A stretch of 64,000 nucleotides of DNA from the human T2T-CHM13v2.0 reference genome, Homo sapiens: the NCBI RefSeq assembly GCF_009914755.1, contig NC_060939.1; one strand, written 5' to 3'. This document shows positions 40,856 to 57,129 of this stretch, one piece after another. Positions within the stretch are counted from its first letter, which is position 1. Each line of letters begins with the position of its first letter. A program made the translations under genes and the position numbers. A model generated the notes under the pieces. It was given only the letters and a program-made list of their open reading frames with translations. It ran no database searches and had not been told where the DNA came from.

Positions 40856-42836
40856 GATATCAAATGTAACTTGCCCATAACGCCCTTCTGATCCCCCAAA
40901 TGGGATTTTTTCACCCTCTGAACTCCCATAACCCTTTAGTTGCATGCTCTAATGGCAACTGTACCTTGTATTAATTTCTCTGTATAAGTGTCTTATCCTT
41001 TCAGGGTCTGTGAGGGCAAAGACTATGCCTCATACATGTTTTTACTTTCCAATACTGGTACATTATAAGCATTGAATTAATGTTTGACAAATGAAAGAAT
41101 AAGAGGATTAAGAAAAATAGTAGTAGCATACATTAAAATCAACAGGAATGTCAAGGTCAACTAAGACATTTATTCAACTCCTCTTTATTCACTCAATATT
41201 TTCCCACATCAGCACATCACAGAACAAGCTCCTATTAAACCATTTCTAACCAAAAATAAAAAATAAAAAAAAACACTAAGTATTTATCAATAATATCATT
41301 TTTTTTGACGATTTAATGATTTAGGCACGACAAATATGCTGACTGAAGATGTTCCCAATTTAAAAGGTAAAGTTGTTATAAAAAAATCAGTTCAGGATCT
41401 ATTATTGTGTGACCACAAATAAAGTCATGTGCTTCAAAAATATACAACAACAAAGAAATAAAGCAATTTATGCTTATCAATCTGGATAATGTATTCTCAG
41501 TCATTTAATAAGAATATGGCAAAGACAAGATAAACTACAGGCCTAGAAATGAAGTAGAAGACTATAGGACAGAGACTTACACCTAGCATCCCAGACAACA
41601 CAACTCCAGAAGGAGACATCTACAAAAGGTTTCTTTAAAAATAAATGGTAGCATAGGAAAAACAAAACAAAAACAAACAAACAAAAAAACCCAACCAGTC
41701 AACAGGATACAGACACTAGAGATTGAAAATATAAAGAAAGATATTTGAAAGAAAAGTCAAAAATACTCAACACAATGTAAGATATATAGAGTAGATGATA
41801 AGATAGGAAGAAATCCATAGTTTGTAGAAGAAAGGAATATAGGATATAAAAATAAGTCAGTTGATAAATTTATAGAGAGGCACTGACTCTGGGAAAAGAT
41901 AAATACAAAGGGTATACATGTGCATGTGCAATATATACACACAATCACTGATACCAAGTGGAGAAAAGTTCAAGGTTGAAGAGACAGAATGATGATTTTG
42001 CCAAAATGAGGGAGTCACATTTTCTAGGCTTTAGGGGGAATTTATAGATGAAGGCTTTGAACCTGTGATAAGTTTAGGAACTATAGTAATTGACAAATAT
42101 GGTACAACATTTTATTTCCAGACAGATCTTCCTTCATGTACTTCCTCATGCACGCTTGACTTTATCATCTGAAAGGACCAGATGTGGCACAGCCTCAATA
42201 AAGCTGCACCTGGGAGTGAAAATGACACTGGTCTGTTCCAATGCCAATTCTTCCTGTTTAGAGTCCAGAGTCAATACTAGAAAAGCATTTCTTATGCCAA
42301 GGGACCAGGTTTAATATCCAAAATCCTGGGAACTGAAAGGGCTTGAGGCAAGCTGTGCAGTTCTGAGGAGCCAGGAGCAATTTGTACAGGGCTGTGTGCC
42401 TGTTTAACTAATGCTATGTCTGCGTCCTCCCTGAAAATCTTAAGTCCATCTTATATGTTTCTCCCATTCCAAACCCTTCAGATTTGCCTCAGAGCCACCC
42501 AACAATCTCAGGTTTTTCCCTCATGAAGTGAAGTGAAAAGAGATTCACAAAGTAATTTTCCACCATAATCAGGTTTTCTAAGATGCATATACTAAAACTA
42601 ATTAGAAAGAGTTTCTGCTCAGCATTTTCATAAAGTAGTGTGCAGAAGGAAACTATTCTTGGTACAGTTAGTGGTTACACTGATAGGATGCCTTATTTTG
42701 AAAACTTCCACTATGATGCCCATTCCATTTAAGCTTCTAAATAGGAAAACAAAAGACAAAATGAATTTGCCAATGGTTTTATATCACATATCATAGTAAC
42801 ATGGCTCCCCTGTATCCGATAATTACATTAAAAAAA

Positions 42837-43134
<298 letters not shown>

Positions 43135-43179
43135 TAATTTGATACATTTTTTTACTAAACTTATTCTTTTAATATTCAA

Positions 43180-44060
43180 TATTCTTTTAAGAGCCTCCAT
43201 ATGTCAGGAACTCTGCTAGGACAGATACAAAAATGAACAGCACTATCATGTTTTTGAGGTCTCACAATCTAGCAAAAGCGACAGCCACAAAAACAAGCCT
43301 AATGATGCAATGAGACCCACAGTAGAGTTATAGACAAGCTGCCATGGAACAGAAAGGAGGAAGGTAAATTAGGGCAGGTTTCACAAAAGAATATGAGGTG
43401 AGAAGGGGTTCTTCAGGAGGACAAAGAGATAAGCATAAAGAAAAGCACAGCCGAAGACTCAGACATGAAAAGCAATCTCCTAGAAACTAATTAGTTCATT
43501 ATAACTTGATCCCAGAGGTGCTTGTGTGAGAATAGCAGGATCAGACTAGTAGGACTGCCAGGCCCTCTTCTTAAAGAGCCTTCTGTGTTAGCCTAATGTG
43601 TTTGGACTATATCTTAATCATGGGTCATTTAAGCATTTATACAGATCAGCTGCCAACAACTTGGTAGACGAGGTGGATGGAGCATAGGGCAATACTGAAG
43701 GCAAGTTGATTAGGAGGCTCTCGCATAGTACAGATGAAAAACCAGTAGTGGTGAGAATGAAGTCAAGGGGTCAGATTTTAGAAGTCATACCAGCATTATC
43801 AATAGGTGCTGGAGCTATAATGGTGATGGTTGAGGGGGATGGAGTGGAGAAAGGGACTGAGAAAAAATGGAAGTCTCACAGTAGGGCCTAGGTTTTGACT
43901 TAGATGATGAGGTAAATGATGATGCTTTTAATTAAGGAAATACAGAATATGGAACAAGTTTGTGTAGGAAGATAACAAACAAGTTTTGAATTTGTTTAGT
44001 TTACCATGCCAGTGGAATATTAAGGTGGAAATATCATGAGCAACTGAATATACAGGTCCT
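43180..44060 (-). mobile_element. L2 fragment
   Basis: atgtcaggaactctgctagg...ctcacaatctag and further L2-like tracts. Confidence 0.6.
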
Positions 44061-44176
44061 TAACTATAAGCTCACTGCTTTAGCCCCAATGTCCAACTGT
44101 TTTTTAAAGAGGAGGAGGAAGGAAAAAAGGGAAGAAGGGAGGGAGGGAAGAGAGAAGAGATTAAAAAAGAAGAATT

Positions 44177-44479
<303 letters not shown>

Positions 44480-45393
44480 TCATCTAGGATGGTTTCCAAG
44501 TTGAAACCCACACATTTTTAGAAAACATGTTACTCTTTGTCCCCACTGCCACAGTTCACCCTTCTACCAGCAACAGCCTGATTTATATTTGGAGATTCAC
44601 CCTTCCTTTACTCCTAGTAAACATATTCCCAGTAGTCATGATTCCATCTCTTAGTTTAGGATGACACACAATCTAGGCCTACCAAATCAAAGTCATCTTC
44701 TCCCAACCACAACTGACTCATGAATATGTTACACGTCAGATCAATTAAGTTTCCCCTTTAAGCTATTAAAATGAAAACTGGAGCTTTTCCTACTGCATTT
44801 TAACCAAGAAGAATACAACTGGGAGCCATCCCCTAATTACAAGGTCCTGACTGAGGTCTTACCTCTACAGAAAGTAGAGGTAAGAGAGAAACAGAAAACA
44901 AAACAAAACAAAAAAATCTTGACTTTGATTATAAAATTTGGGTCCTATATCTAGTTATCTTGAATCTAGTTATCTTTAGATTGCTGTCAATAATAAAAAA
45001 TAATTGTTGTTATTTTTATTATTAAATTTATTATTTATGTATTTAATATTTATTATTAAAATTTTAATCCCTCAATTATTACTGTCAATAATAATAAACA
45101 GAAGGAAAGAACCAATGAAAAAAGGATTTCAATTAATTTATTAAGTTAGAAAGCAGATAAAGAAGGAATCATGACTGATCAGTCAGCACAGACAGCCATA
45201 ATCTACTGTTTGCATGGAAGAGAACAGAGCCAAGAAAGGAACCAAACTAGGCCACACTATCCTGAACTCCAGGAATAACAAGTGTGAGATGTGAGGTTGG
45301 GAAAATTCTAGAGTCAAAAGCATTCACAGTCAGCTTTCCTCTTGTATTATTCTTGGATATGAAAAGGCAACCAAAACATCAGAGAAAAGCCTA

Positions 45394-45807
<414 letters not shown>

Positions 45808-48800
45808 TTAAGAGGATATAGGGATGTTACATCTATAGAAAGAAAAATAAGTTGTTATTAAAAAACAATGGACAAACAAGAAAAGTTCTTGACTACTGAA
45901 AATATGATGGTTAAAATTTAGAAAAATTTAACAAGAAAGTAGGGAAATTTAAAAAGGAAATCTCACAGAACATACAACAAAAAGACACTGAGATAGAAAA
46001 TACATTTAAAAAAAAAGATACATGAAGATTCAGTCTAGAAGGTTTCATATGTGACTAGTGAGAGTGTCAGCAAAAGGGAACAGAGAAAATCAAAAGGAAC
46101 AAATTATCAAACAACTAGTGGAAGAACCATCCTTACACTGCAATTCTATTGGCTTTGCAATATTTTGTGTATCAGATTTGACATCAAGTTTTCTCCCGTC
46201 AAAAGAATAAAAATGGCTATGGCAGTTTTAGGTCTCACATCCACACATCTCTCTGCACAGAAGGAGAAGAGCTTATCTTCTGCCAACTACCCAACATTCT
46301 AGGCTTCATTCTATTAGGACAAACATAGGTTAACAAAACCATCTCTGATCCAATCACTATGGCCAGAAGAATGCCATGTTCTGACTGGCTATCACCTGGA
46401 TTACATGCCTATCCCCAAACCATCAATCAGAGAAAGAGGACAAGGGATGTGTCACTACTCAATAGGAATTTAGGGAAGCGATGCAGGAGAAACAACACTC
46501 AATACAGCATTACTGTGACATTTCAGTACACCAAGCATAAAGACACATCATAAAAGTTAACAGAGAACAAAAACAGGCCACCTAAAAAGGAACAACAATC
46601 ACACCAGTATCAGCAAAAGGCTAGAGAACCATGGAACAATGCTGTCAATGATCTGAGGAAAAATGACTTTCAATTTAAAGTCCTAAATTCAACCAAATCA
46701 ATAAAATATGAGAGCAGAATAGGAACATTTTCAAAATGGAAAGATTCCAAAGTCCCCTAAGGCAGTTTCTTAAATATAGATTATACTGAAACTAAGGAAT
46801 AAACCAAGAAAAAGGAAGACATCAGATCCAGAAAGTAGTTCCAACCCAGCAGAACAGAAAGAATATAATCCCTACATATATTTCCTATAGAGATATAGTG
46901 CTTATATGTATCTTTCTGTAACTATTACACTGCTCATGTGACTTAAAAAGAAAACAAACAATTGGAAATTACTGTATTTTCAGGAAATAATAGTTATCCA
47001 TTAAACTAAACTAGATAAGAACAGAAGTTACATTTTAACAGTAAAGAAATTCTAAAGAATAAAAGATTAGCCACATGAAAAATCTTTCGCAAACAGCTTG
47101 AGATACATACCTCTAGCTGTCAGAGTCACCTGCTAATTTATGAGACAAAGGCTTATTACATTTCTATTAGGTGTCATAATTTCTACAAAATAGTTATGAA
47201 ACATAACTCTACAAGTTCCTCCAAGTCTTTCCTACTTCTTTTCAGAAATTAGTAAATTAAACTCTTTGCAAAAAGGAACATCTATTCAAAAATGAGTTTT
47301 AATATTTGTGGGGAAAATGTTACAAAAACAAGACTTATGTGTGAAAGTTGCAAAGCTGTAACCTGTTATAAATAAATGTTTATAGTGAAAATAAATCTAA
47401 ATGCTTTCCATACTCCATTAATACTCAAAGGATTAAAAAATGCAGTTCTTTCTTTTTCTTAGAACAAGTAAAGACAAACTTGAAAAATTATAGCTTTTCT
47501 AGATTCATTTTTTTTCATAATTACTCAGTTATTCATTAGAATATGTAAGACCTCCACTGGAATCTTTGCACCAGTGTTTCATAAATGAATTTAACTATAA
47601 AAGCCTAGTTATACAATCACTTCCATAAAAGCAATATATTTCTGATATTTATGTCCTTAAAATATCCTATAGTAAAATTAATATTTCTACACAGGAAAAG
47701 AAGGAACTATTTAGTCCCAGACAACTTGATAACATATCTTTCAACTATAATTATCATGTACAAACTTCCAAAGCATAAGTTGTCAAGAATTTAACATTAG
47801 CATTAATTTATGTCATAACTGATGGTTAGCATAAAGATAATAATGGCAAAGCATCCATTTCTCCAAAGACAGCATGGATGGAAAAGAAAATTTCTTCTTA
47901 ATTATTGCTAATCTGCCCATTTTTAATTAAATTTATTATTAATTGTAATTTATTATCTATCTTTCTTGGAGGGCTGTTATTATCATGGAGTTCTTCCAAA
48001 GTGATCAAGTTTGTGATTTTTAAGCAACCCAATTACTTTAGTGTGAGTCTCATCATTTTATAATATTGGTTTATATAAAAACTTAATGCCCAAATTCTTT
48101 GTACCATGAGAAAGAAATTTTGAAAATGCAGGATTTACACTCAGTAGTTCACACTTCAAAGTGAAAACTGTCAAGATCATAATTGCACCCTTTTGGAGAT
48201 ATGACCACTAAAAGTAGGATTCTTTTAAGCCTTCTACCTTGTTTGATAATCAAAATGTTTATTAGCATGTATCTTCCCAGAGGGAAGAAAGCAGGTCCTT
48301 GTGATTTCCTTTCAAAAGTGTCTACTTCTTATGCTATCTATAACTAAGCAGAAAATTTTGGAACTACTCTAAGGGTTTTTCTTATCAGTTTCTTTTTAGA
48401 ATAAAATAAAATGTTCTGACATACAAAATAAGAACTATTTTAGTCAAACAAATTTTAAAAGAATTTCAGTGCTTCATATATTTTTCAAATCAAAATCCTT
48501 AATTAACTTTTGATTTGTATGAAACTCAAAGTATGTCATTTAAGTAGCTACTTGAAACTAGAAAATTTTCATGACAGAAGTTCATGAGGTAACTTCTGAA
48601 AAAACTGAACTTCTCTGAAGAGTGAGAAAGTGAAATGCAATGTACCTTTGTAGAGGAAGGGACAGGAATCTTCTTTCCTTCCCCTTGTGAAAAATGGCAA
48701 GACATCAAGAAATACTGGCTTGAATTCCCTACTTCATCAAATCTGCCTTATATGAATCGATTGTAACGGACTGAATAAAAATTCATACTTAGAAGAATAA

Positions 48801-49626
48801 CTGAACTGTATTCAAATAGTTGGCTATCAATAAAAATGAAAAGATAGTTGCTTAATATAAAATCATCCTTATTAATTACCATTTACTGAGTATAGTAACT
48901 ATTAGATAAATGAGCCCAAATATACGCTCCTAGAAATTAATCAGTGCAAAATGGCTGCCAAACTCTTACATTCTGTGACTTATGCATTAAATTCATACCT
49001 GTTCCAACAGATTTAAGCAAGGCTCAGTCTCTCATTTTCTTTACATCTACTTGTTACCTTATCAGAAATGTCTTGCTTGACAACCATACGTAGCACCACC
49101 TCCACAGCTATGCCCTGCCATCATGTGCAATCTGATTCTGCTTCATTTTTCCTCATATTACTCTTCACTATCAAGCATGTTATTTATTGTTTATTGTCTG
49201 TCCTCTTCCACTAGAAAGTGAGCTCCATTAGACTAAGCCTTTAACGTATGCGTCCACCATTCTATCCCCAGTGTCTAGCACTATATGCCAGGCATATAGT
49301 AGGCATTCAAAAAATATTTGTTAATAAAGAGATTAAATGGCCATCAGCTCTAATCTTTCTTTTCCTTAGGAACAGAAAACTTATTTTAATATCATTTGAT
49401 AATCCTGGATGCCAAACTATACAAAACGTCTTATTTTTAAATATCATTTAATATAAAGGCATACTAATCATTTGCAGTTTTTTTCTAACCAAAAAAAGAC
49501 AAAATCCTTTTAAAGAATAGTTGGGCTACTAACAATTGCAAATTACGGATTACTAAATAATTCGGCAAATGTAATTTGTTAAATTACACACTAAATCCAA
49601 TATACTTAATTGGTTACTCTGCATAC

Positions 49627-49820
49627 CTTAACAAGTTTCAAAAGCTCATAGAGATCTTCAACCTCATCACCTTCACATTTGGTGTACACTTGTCTTGTAT
49701 CCAAGCTCCTTCCTCTTATGGTTCGGCGATAGAGGGGAAGAGCCATTGCTTCTGCATACAAGTCAATGGCATGGTGCCCCACTGTCTGATACATGTAGCT
49801 ATCCAGTTCATCAGACCCCA
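49627..49820 (-). CDS. DPH6: DPH6 coding exon 3 (194 nt; GSDELDSYMYQTVGHHAIDLYAEAMALPLYRRTIRGRSLDTRQVYTKCEGDEVEDLYELLKLVK)
   Basis: Acceptor ttttaattgttgcag|TG and donor GTTAAG|gtatgc. Contains the conserved Dph6 motifs DSYMYQTVG and DEVEDLY. Exons 1-3 total 312 nt, ending in phase 0. Confidence 0.97.
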
Positions 49821-52800
49821 CTGCAACAATTAAAATGGAAATAATTAGCAAAAGAGAGTGAAAAAGAAAGCGGATTTGAAAGCCCATCCAGGTTTTACTG
49901 CTTGAATAGTCGACACAGAACTTGAAAGCTTGCTATACTATGTTTCTCTGCATTTATGTAGTAAAATAAAAACATAAGAATTGCACATTTGTCTGTAGTT
50001 GCATCTAGTTCATATCACCCCTAATAATCTCTACTACTAATTACAAATACAAATGTATTAATACATAAATTTGTTGTACCATATATGGTAAACATTTAAA
50101 GAGAAGAGTAATGTATCCAATAAATTTTGATTAGTTTATTCAGTTAAATATTTTTATTACATAAATGTTTTTACAAATCATTCAAGGTTATTCATGAAGT
50201 CATCTAGACTTGTAGAAAAAAAAACCTTTCTTAATTAAAGATCTACCTAGTTAATAAGAGACAAATAGTGGTAAGAAAAATTTCAGATCATTTTGGTATA
50301 TTTTATATTCAGATATTCAGGACCTTATAATAAAACATGTAGATAGATATATATTCAATATTGTTAGAGCATTAGAGCAGTTACAAATGTGCATAGAAAT
50401 ATGATATCTTAAGCTAATCAATAATATAATCAGTGGTTGTCACAAGATTCCACAAATATCAATATGGGTAAAATATACAAAACAGATGAGTCACATCAGA
50501 GCTCTGGGTGATATAAATGAACTTAGAAATATACTGGAATAGACCTTTAGATCTCGTAACCTTACTTTTTAGAAAAAGAATCATGAATATATACAAAGAT
50601 TATTTGCAAAGATACTTATCACATTATTTATAATAGACTAGAAATTATAGTATATTCATATAATAAAGTACTATGCAGCCATTAATATAATGTTGAAGAA
50701 CATTTTCTAAAGTATGTTCTGCGGAATACAAATCCCATAAGACATTAATAGGTATCGGATGATAAAAAGATTTAAGGTTAAAGAAGTCTATAAAAGATGG
50801 GGATAAAAAGTGTTAAATGGATGTCTGTGGTGTAAATCTTCCTAAGCTAATATGCTTTCAGGTACTCCAATAAGAGCAGAGAATATGAACTATCTCTCAA
50901 ATTTATCTACCCACAGAACACGTAAATTTAATGGGGGTATTTGTGTTCTAAAGACATATGGGAAATGCTATCGTAGAATAATATTTAATGACATGGAAAA
51001 TGTTCACAAAATGCTATTAAAAAAATTACAAAGTAGTTATTTTGACATATACCTATGTGTGTATGTATGAATATAAGCCAAACAGGTCCAGGCTTTCCAT
51101 TAAATGTGAAAACTTCCTATCAAAAGGAATGAAAAGTGATAGTGCAAGGGCCCCTTCAACAATCAAAATCATCAAAATCTGCTACCCCATTTTGGCTGAC
51201 AGGTTTCTGAACTCACACATTGTTAGATTGGCTTCCTTCAGAATATTACTCACATTGTTACTATAAATGTTTCCACTCCTGGTCCCAGTAGGAAGTAGAG
51301 AACATAGCCAAAGTTACCTAAAAACCTTTCGGCCTTCTCTCGTCTCAAAATTAGACTGGATCTTTAAATACATTCATTTTAAAGGATATTGATACAATCA
51401 AACCAATTTACTCAAAGAAATTTGGGCTTCTTGGCAAGAAACATTCTGATGTTAGCATAATAAGTAAAACATCTCACTGGCTTCAAAAACCTAGAAGATA
51501 ATTTTCTTTAAGGCTCTATTTAGTCCTAACCACATTGTAACTTTGATTAATGGAAGCTACAGAGCAACAATAGTGTGAGATCAAATAAAACCAAAGGCTC
51601 CCCTGTTGCCTGAAGCAACTCAATTAACATGCCACAAAAGTTCCTACTACAAATCTAAAGAGATGGTTTTGTGAATTTTATGACAAGTTCGCATTATCCT
51701 CATTGATGGGAATAAATTCCTTTTCACACCACCCATTGAAAACCCGTAACTTTGCTGGACATTGGAGTCATCTCTACCAGTCATTCCTCACTAAGGTTTC
51801 TTTCATAACACTCATAGGAAAATAAGTCATTCAGTGAATTGTTCAATAATTCCCAATGTCCTGCTGATTTTCATCAAGATGAGCTAAACCATCTCCATCT
51901 ACCAACCCACAGCCATCTGTTTTCTTCTACAACAATTACTATTGTTTCGACTGCCTTTTCCAGGCTTTTTACTTCAGAATATTCTAATTCTATTTACTAT
52001 CAAATTTTTTCTCACTAACAATATTCTAAATAAGTGTCTCTATTCTACTGAGAGGTATAATTTAAAAATATACTTTGCTTGTCATTTTACCACCCTGCTG
52101 GTGAACCATGAACACAAGGAAGATTATATATTAATGGTTCTGTACTAGGTAAGTAAAATAATTCATGTGAAAGCTGAAAACAAGATAGAAACTCCAGTGA
52201 TGAAATTATAATATACCATGTATGTATTATATACTATATAAACATCTGCTTTTTAACTTCACAAGATAGCTTGAAAGTCCCAGTTGCCTCCCCCTGGCCA
52301 CAAGGGATAAGGGAGTTTCTCTCTTTTGGTAAACCTAACAGGAGATTCTGCTTCTTCTTTTATAATACAGAAGTTAGAGTGCAGTTCCTATTCATCCTCA
52401 AAGAATTTTCTCTTTCTTAAAGTTGGAACTCTTTCAAAAAACATCACTTCTAAAAAACCATCTGTTACTCATCAATTGCAGCACAAAATCCAAACATGTG
52501 CATTTACCTCTGACTCTCTGTGGGACCTTTCCATTTCTTCCTATAAAATATTTCTAAACTCTGTCTTTCCACACGACATCCAGCATTACTTACAACTTAA
52601 TCACAGAAGGAAAGAAGATTCAAATATCTGACTGAAATAACTGCTCACTATTCCAGGGCTAATCCAAATTAGTTCATTATACACCTGTCCACCAATCAAC
52701 CTTGCGTGAACTCCTACCAGAGGCATAGAGCCGGCCCAAGTGATGAGGAGCAATAAAAGGAAGATAGAAGATATGATCTCTCTTCTCAAGAAGCTTATAA

Positions 52801-53765
52801 TCAATCCATTTAAAGATATAAAACAAGTATTTAGCTAGATTCCAATTCAGCTAAATTTACAGAATGCCTACTTCATGACAGGAACTACGACTGATGTTCT
52901 CACATACACCACTCATTTAATTAATCTTAAAATAACAGTGCAAAAACATGGAGCCTGGAAAGAAGTAAAAGAGAGAATAAAAAGATCTTACTAGAAAAGT
53001 CCTGTGAGAAGCAGTAATACAAAAGTCACAAAAGTGCTAATCTTTTTTCCCTCTTACATTTTAGCAGTTAATATCTGTAGTTTCATAGGTATAACACAAT
53101 AGCATTAAAAAGCAAATTGGTGAATATATTTCTTTTTTCAAAAGCTATAATTGGGGATATTTCATTGGAGAAAAGAATGAAAAAAGTAGTCAATATGAGG
53201 TCTGTGAATTATATGTGGATGCCCTTGTTACTACAGACAAATGAAAAGTGGGAATGCATTGCTTTATGCTTCTCTCAAGTCTCACATTTCTGGCTTACAT
53301 CTAAAATAGGTAAACTGTATCCTTTTAATAATAAAATTAATATATCATTTATCAATATGTGTCTTACTTCTCAAGCTCCTTGAGGCCTGAGACTGTATCT
53401 TATCTACCTCTATGCTGCCTACAGTACTTGGGAATGTGGTGGGGTAAAATGGTAGTGTACTTTGAAGTAAGAAGGTTCAAGTCTTAACTCTACAAGTTTG
53501 TGCTAGTTTACTTCAGACAAACTCTAAGCTTCAGGATCCCTGTCTATTAAGATTAATAGTGCATCTCTATAGAAGTTGGTTATGAGAATTAAAAAGTAAG
53601 TGAAAACACTTAATGCTAAGTTCTAGGTGGAAACTAGCATCTAATGGGTGCTTAATATTTATTGGTTCTTTTTTTTTCATCTTTGTACGGTATACCTGCA
53701 CAATGTAATTATGAAGTTGGAATTTCATTCATTTAGGCAACTTCCCAATAAAGGCATGTACTTAC

Positions 53766-53860
53766 CTTGGTTTTCAGCTGGTCTTAGATTTGCTAAAGCA
53801 ACGATCTGATGCCCAGCAGCAATGCACTGCATCATATTATAGCAGCTGTCCTTCCCACCA
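53766..53860 (-). CDS. DPH6: DPH6 coding exon 2 (95 nt; GGKDSCYNMMQCIAAGHQIVALANLRPAENQ)
   Basis: Acceptor ttgatttattgtttag|TGGTGGGAAG and donor AACCAAG|gtaagt. Completes the PP-loop SGGKDS ATP-pyrophosphatase motif typical of Dph6. Not in the ORF track. Confidence 0.97.
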
Positions 53861-54296
53861 CTAAACAATAAATCAAGAGAGGGACAAATATCATGCTACT
53901 GACCATTATTCAACATAAAATCACTAGATATCAAAACAGAACATATCATTTACTTGACTCTTCAGAATATATTACAATGCAAAAAAAACCCATTAATTTC
54001 TAAATCATAAACAAACTGAGCAACCGAATCTGAATGTCTAGGGCTGCTACTCACAGGAGCTTAAGAAACTATATATATATAAGAATATTCTAAACAAAAT
54101 ATGGTAACTTTTTGCTTTGTGATAGCAAATATATTTGAAGTGATTTGCAAATAGAAAATGATTTCAATTTACATCCCAGCTAAACATTTATTATATAATT
54201 ATATATGAAATATATATATTCTACCTAAGGAATATATATAATAATATATATTATTCCACTTAAGGAATATATATAATATATATTATTCCACTTAAG

Positions 54297-54298
<2 letters not shown>

Positions 54299-54334
<36 letters not shown>
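54299..54334. repeat. (TA)n microsatellite; a second (TA)n lies at about 54631-54656
   Basis: Read directly from the sequence. Confidence 0.9.
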
Positions 54335-54341
<7 letters not shown>

Positions 54342-54630
54342 AATTTCATAGAAATTATTGGGAAAAAAAAAACTATTCTCTATGAGAAAGTAAAAAAAAA
54401 AACAAATTCTGCTCCACCATAAGAAATCTAACAAATGGCTACCATCAGCAATTAAAGGATCAAATTAAAGATTTGAGTACCTAGCTAATGACAAAGTTTG
54501 ACACACTTGGTGGGTTCAAATTCTGCAGAGATAAAAAACAAGATGCTGACTTACACTGATGACGTGAAACATCAGCACTATCAGCACTTCAGCCATCTCT
54601 ACACATACATATAGTACACACATACACATA

Positions 54631-54664
<34 letters not shown>

Positions 54665-55654
54665 CAGAACTAGGCTTGAGCTATAAATGTAGTAACACAT
54701 TGAAAGGAACTTCTAAATTCTGGTTCTAAATCTACCTAAGGCAGACGCATATCACTTAGTAAAGACAAGCAGTAGCTCATCTATAATATGGCTGAATGGC
54801 AATCTATATGCTATTGTAATTTAATATTCTCCTAATTCCCACTATCATTTATCATTGCCTCTCTCCCTTTTACATTTCTTTTTCCTCCTGTTTCCCTTCT
54901 TTCCAATATTTGCTTAAGGCCTGCAAATCCCCAGGCAATGTTTAGACCTCTTCATAGCTCAAGAAACTGAGCACCTCAGAAACTGGCCTTGTTGCCTTTT
55001 ATCTTAGTTTTCAACATTTCTGCCTCTTCCACCCTCCCATCAATAACAACTCTCATTCCAAAACTTCTCAAGTGGAAGGAGAGCACAAGGGCCAAAGTGA
55101 AGTTTTAAAAAGTCCATTCTTCCTCTCTTCAGGTTCGGTATCCCCATAAGTAGGTCTTCCACAACTTCCCATATCGAACCTTACTGCTCTGATTCCCCAG
55201 GATAAAAAGATATGACTAATTGTTTCAGATATTAAAGACTGAAGGGTGTGCATCCAGAATCAGAACTGAGTCTGACAATTTATTTTGAAATATGCCAACA
55301 TTTCAAATATGGTTTTAAGCAGTATTTACCAAACTGTGTTCTGTGGAACACTGGTGTCCAACAAAATACTAACCAATTACTCTAACAAAAGGTTTTGAAT
55401 ATCAGACAAGCTTGGGAAATGCAGAGTACCTTACTGTCCTCTTAGAACTCCATTAAGTACACATGTATGTTAGGTGAGAGGTCTCACAGCTCTATTTTAG
55501 TTTCCAACTCTGGGATACTAAGCTAAGTTATTCAATGTGCTTAGGTTTGCATACTTCATTGCAAATTAATGAATGGTCTGCCTGGATAATCCTCAAAATA
55601 ACATTCAACTATAAAATTCAAAGACTCATTTATTTATTAGAAAAATAATGTTCT

Positions 55655-55875
55655 ATGAGAGCATATGGACACAAGGAGGGGCACATCACACACTGGGGCC
55701 TGTGGGGGTTTGGGGGTTAGGGGAGGGATAACATTAGGAGAAATACCTAATGTAGGTGATGGGTTGATGGGTGCAGCAAACCACCGTGGCACATGTATAC
55801 CTATGTAAAAAAACTGCACGTTCTGCACATGTAACCCAGAACTTAAAGTATAATAAAAAAAAAATTTAAAAAAGG
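55655..55875 (+). mobile_element. 5'-truncated L1PA (about PA7/8) 3' UTR with TSD
   Basis: ggagaaatacctaatgtaggtgatgggttgatgggtgcagcaaaccacc...gaacttaaagtataataaaaa. TSD aaaataatgttct (55642-55654) / aaaataatcttct (55876-55888). Confidence 0.93.
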
Positions 55876-57129
55876 AAAATAATCTTCTTAGAAAGATATG
55901 TAAGAATCCCAGTTTCACTTATTCACTTATAATACATAATTATATATAATGCATATATATAGAATACATAGGCATCTGTATCATAAGCATACAGGTAAAT
56001 GCTTACGTATTCATACTTACAGCATATGTCCTTACAGCTCTTACGCTTCAGCAAGAATTTTCCAACATTGCTTTTTTAGCAAACTTTTTTTATTATAAAG
56101 CAACATATGCACATTACAGGTTATTTAGTGTAACTGACTCTACCAATCTTCTCTCCTCCCCTCCAATACTTCTAAGTCTTTGTTTGTTGTGCTTTACTTT
56201 AATCGTTAAACTTTTGGCAAGCGATGTAAATTTGAATTATTCACTTCCTGGGGTACTTTTAATTCTTAAAATAAGACACAATGGTTAAAGCTTAATCATT
56301 TATGTTACAGAGGACATTTACTGAACAACAATAATTATTGTGACATTATGGTCTAGTCTCCTAAAAATGACATTGAAGGAAAGGGAACCGGAATATTCCA
56401 GACACTACAGTAGGTCTGAAATCTCATATCAAGTCCTTAATAGGTCAATACTTACAGCCAGTATCAATTACCTAAGGGACTTAACGAAAACGTTTATGAA
56501 ATCTTCAATTGGATTACAAAAGCAAGCACATCGTTGCACTGTATCTAAGACACTCTACAGGGCAAAATCTCATGAAACAAGTATTTAAGTAGTCTAACTT
56601 TTTAATGTTGCTAGTGTGTTCCCTTCTGCCTCAGTTTATAGATTGAGTATGGAAATATTTAAGCAGGTTTGTTTTTGGTTTGTCAGTCACAGGACTTATT
56701 TAGACACTTAAATTTATGATTTGGTTACTACAGACATCAAACTCCTTTTGGAATACGGAGTATAGGGTAAGGTCACTCTAAAGCAATGATGAGAGTCCGA
56801 AGCAACAGCAACTGGATCTAGCATAAGACTAGTACAATTCGGTCTCTACCACGAAGAGAGATCTCTGTACTTGAGTGCCCAAAGGCAGAAACACACACAT
56901 GCCATAAGCAATCCACATCTGTGAAGATGAGGGAGGGGTGGACTTCTTGGGATGGGCGGAAACACTTACAACTAGGGAGGAAGCCAGGCTGCGGCGGACC
57001 CAGCTGACCAAAGGAACTACAGAAGAGGACGAAGAAAGCGAGGGGGAAAGGGCGAGGGTTATTAACTGAGTTGATGGAATAAGGTAGTGGCTCCAAACTT
57101 CACGGCTCATTAGAGCTTGAAAAAAAAAA

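Noticed and set aside
49606-49887. 93-aa ORF as a standalone gene
   Set aside because: It is DPH6 exon 3 plus flanking intron read-through.
52285-52302. CTCF-like tggccagggggaggcaac (minus strand), and ccagcagggcgctg near 62585
   Set aside because: The first has several core mismatches and the second has the wrong spacing.
49627-53860. Alu-driven circRNA of exons 2-3
   Set aside because: No Alu in intron 1 to pair with the intron 3 Alus, so the usual sequence support is absent.
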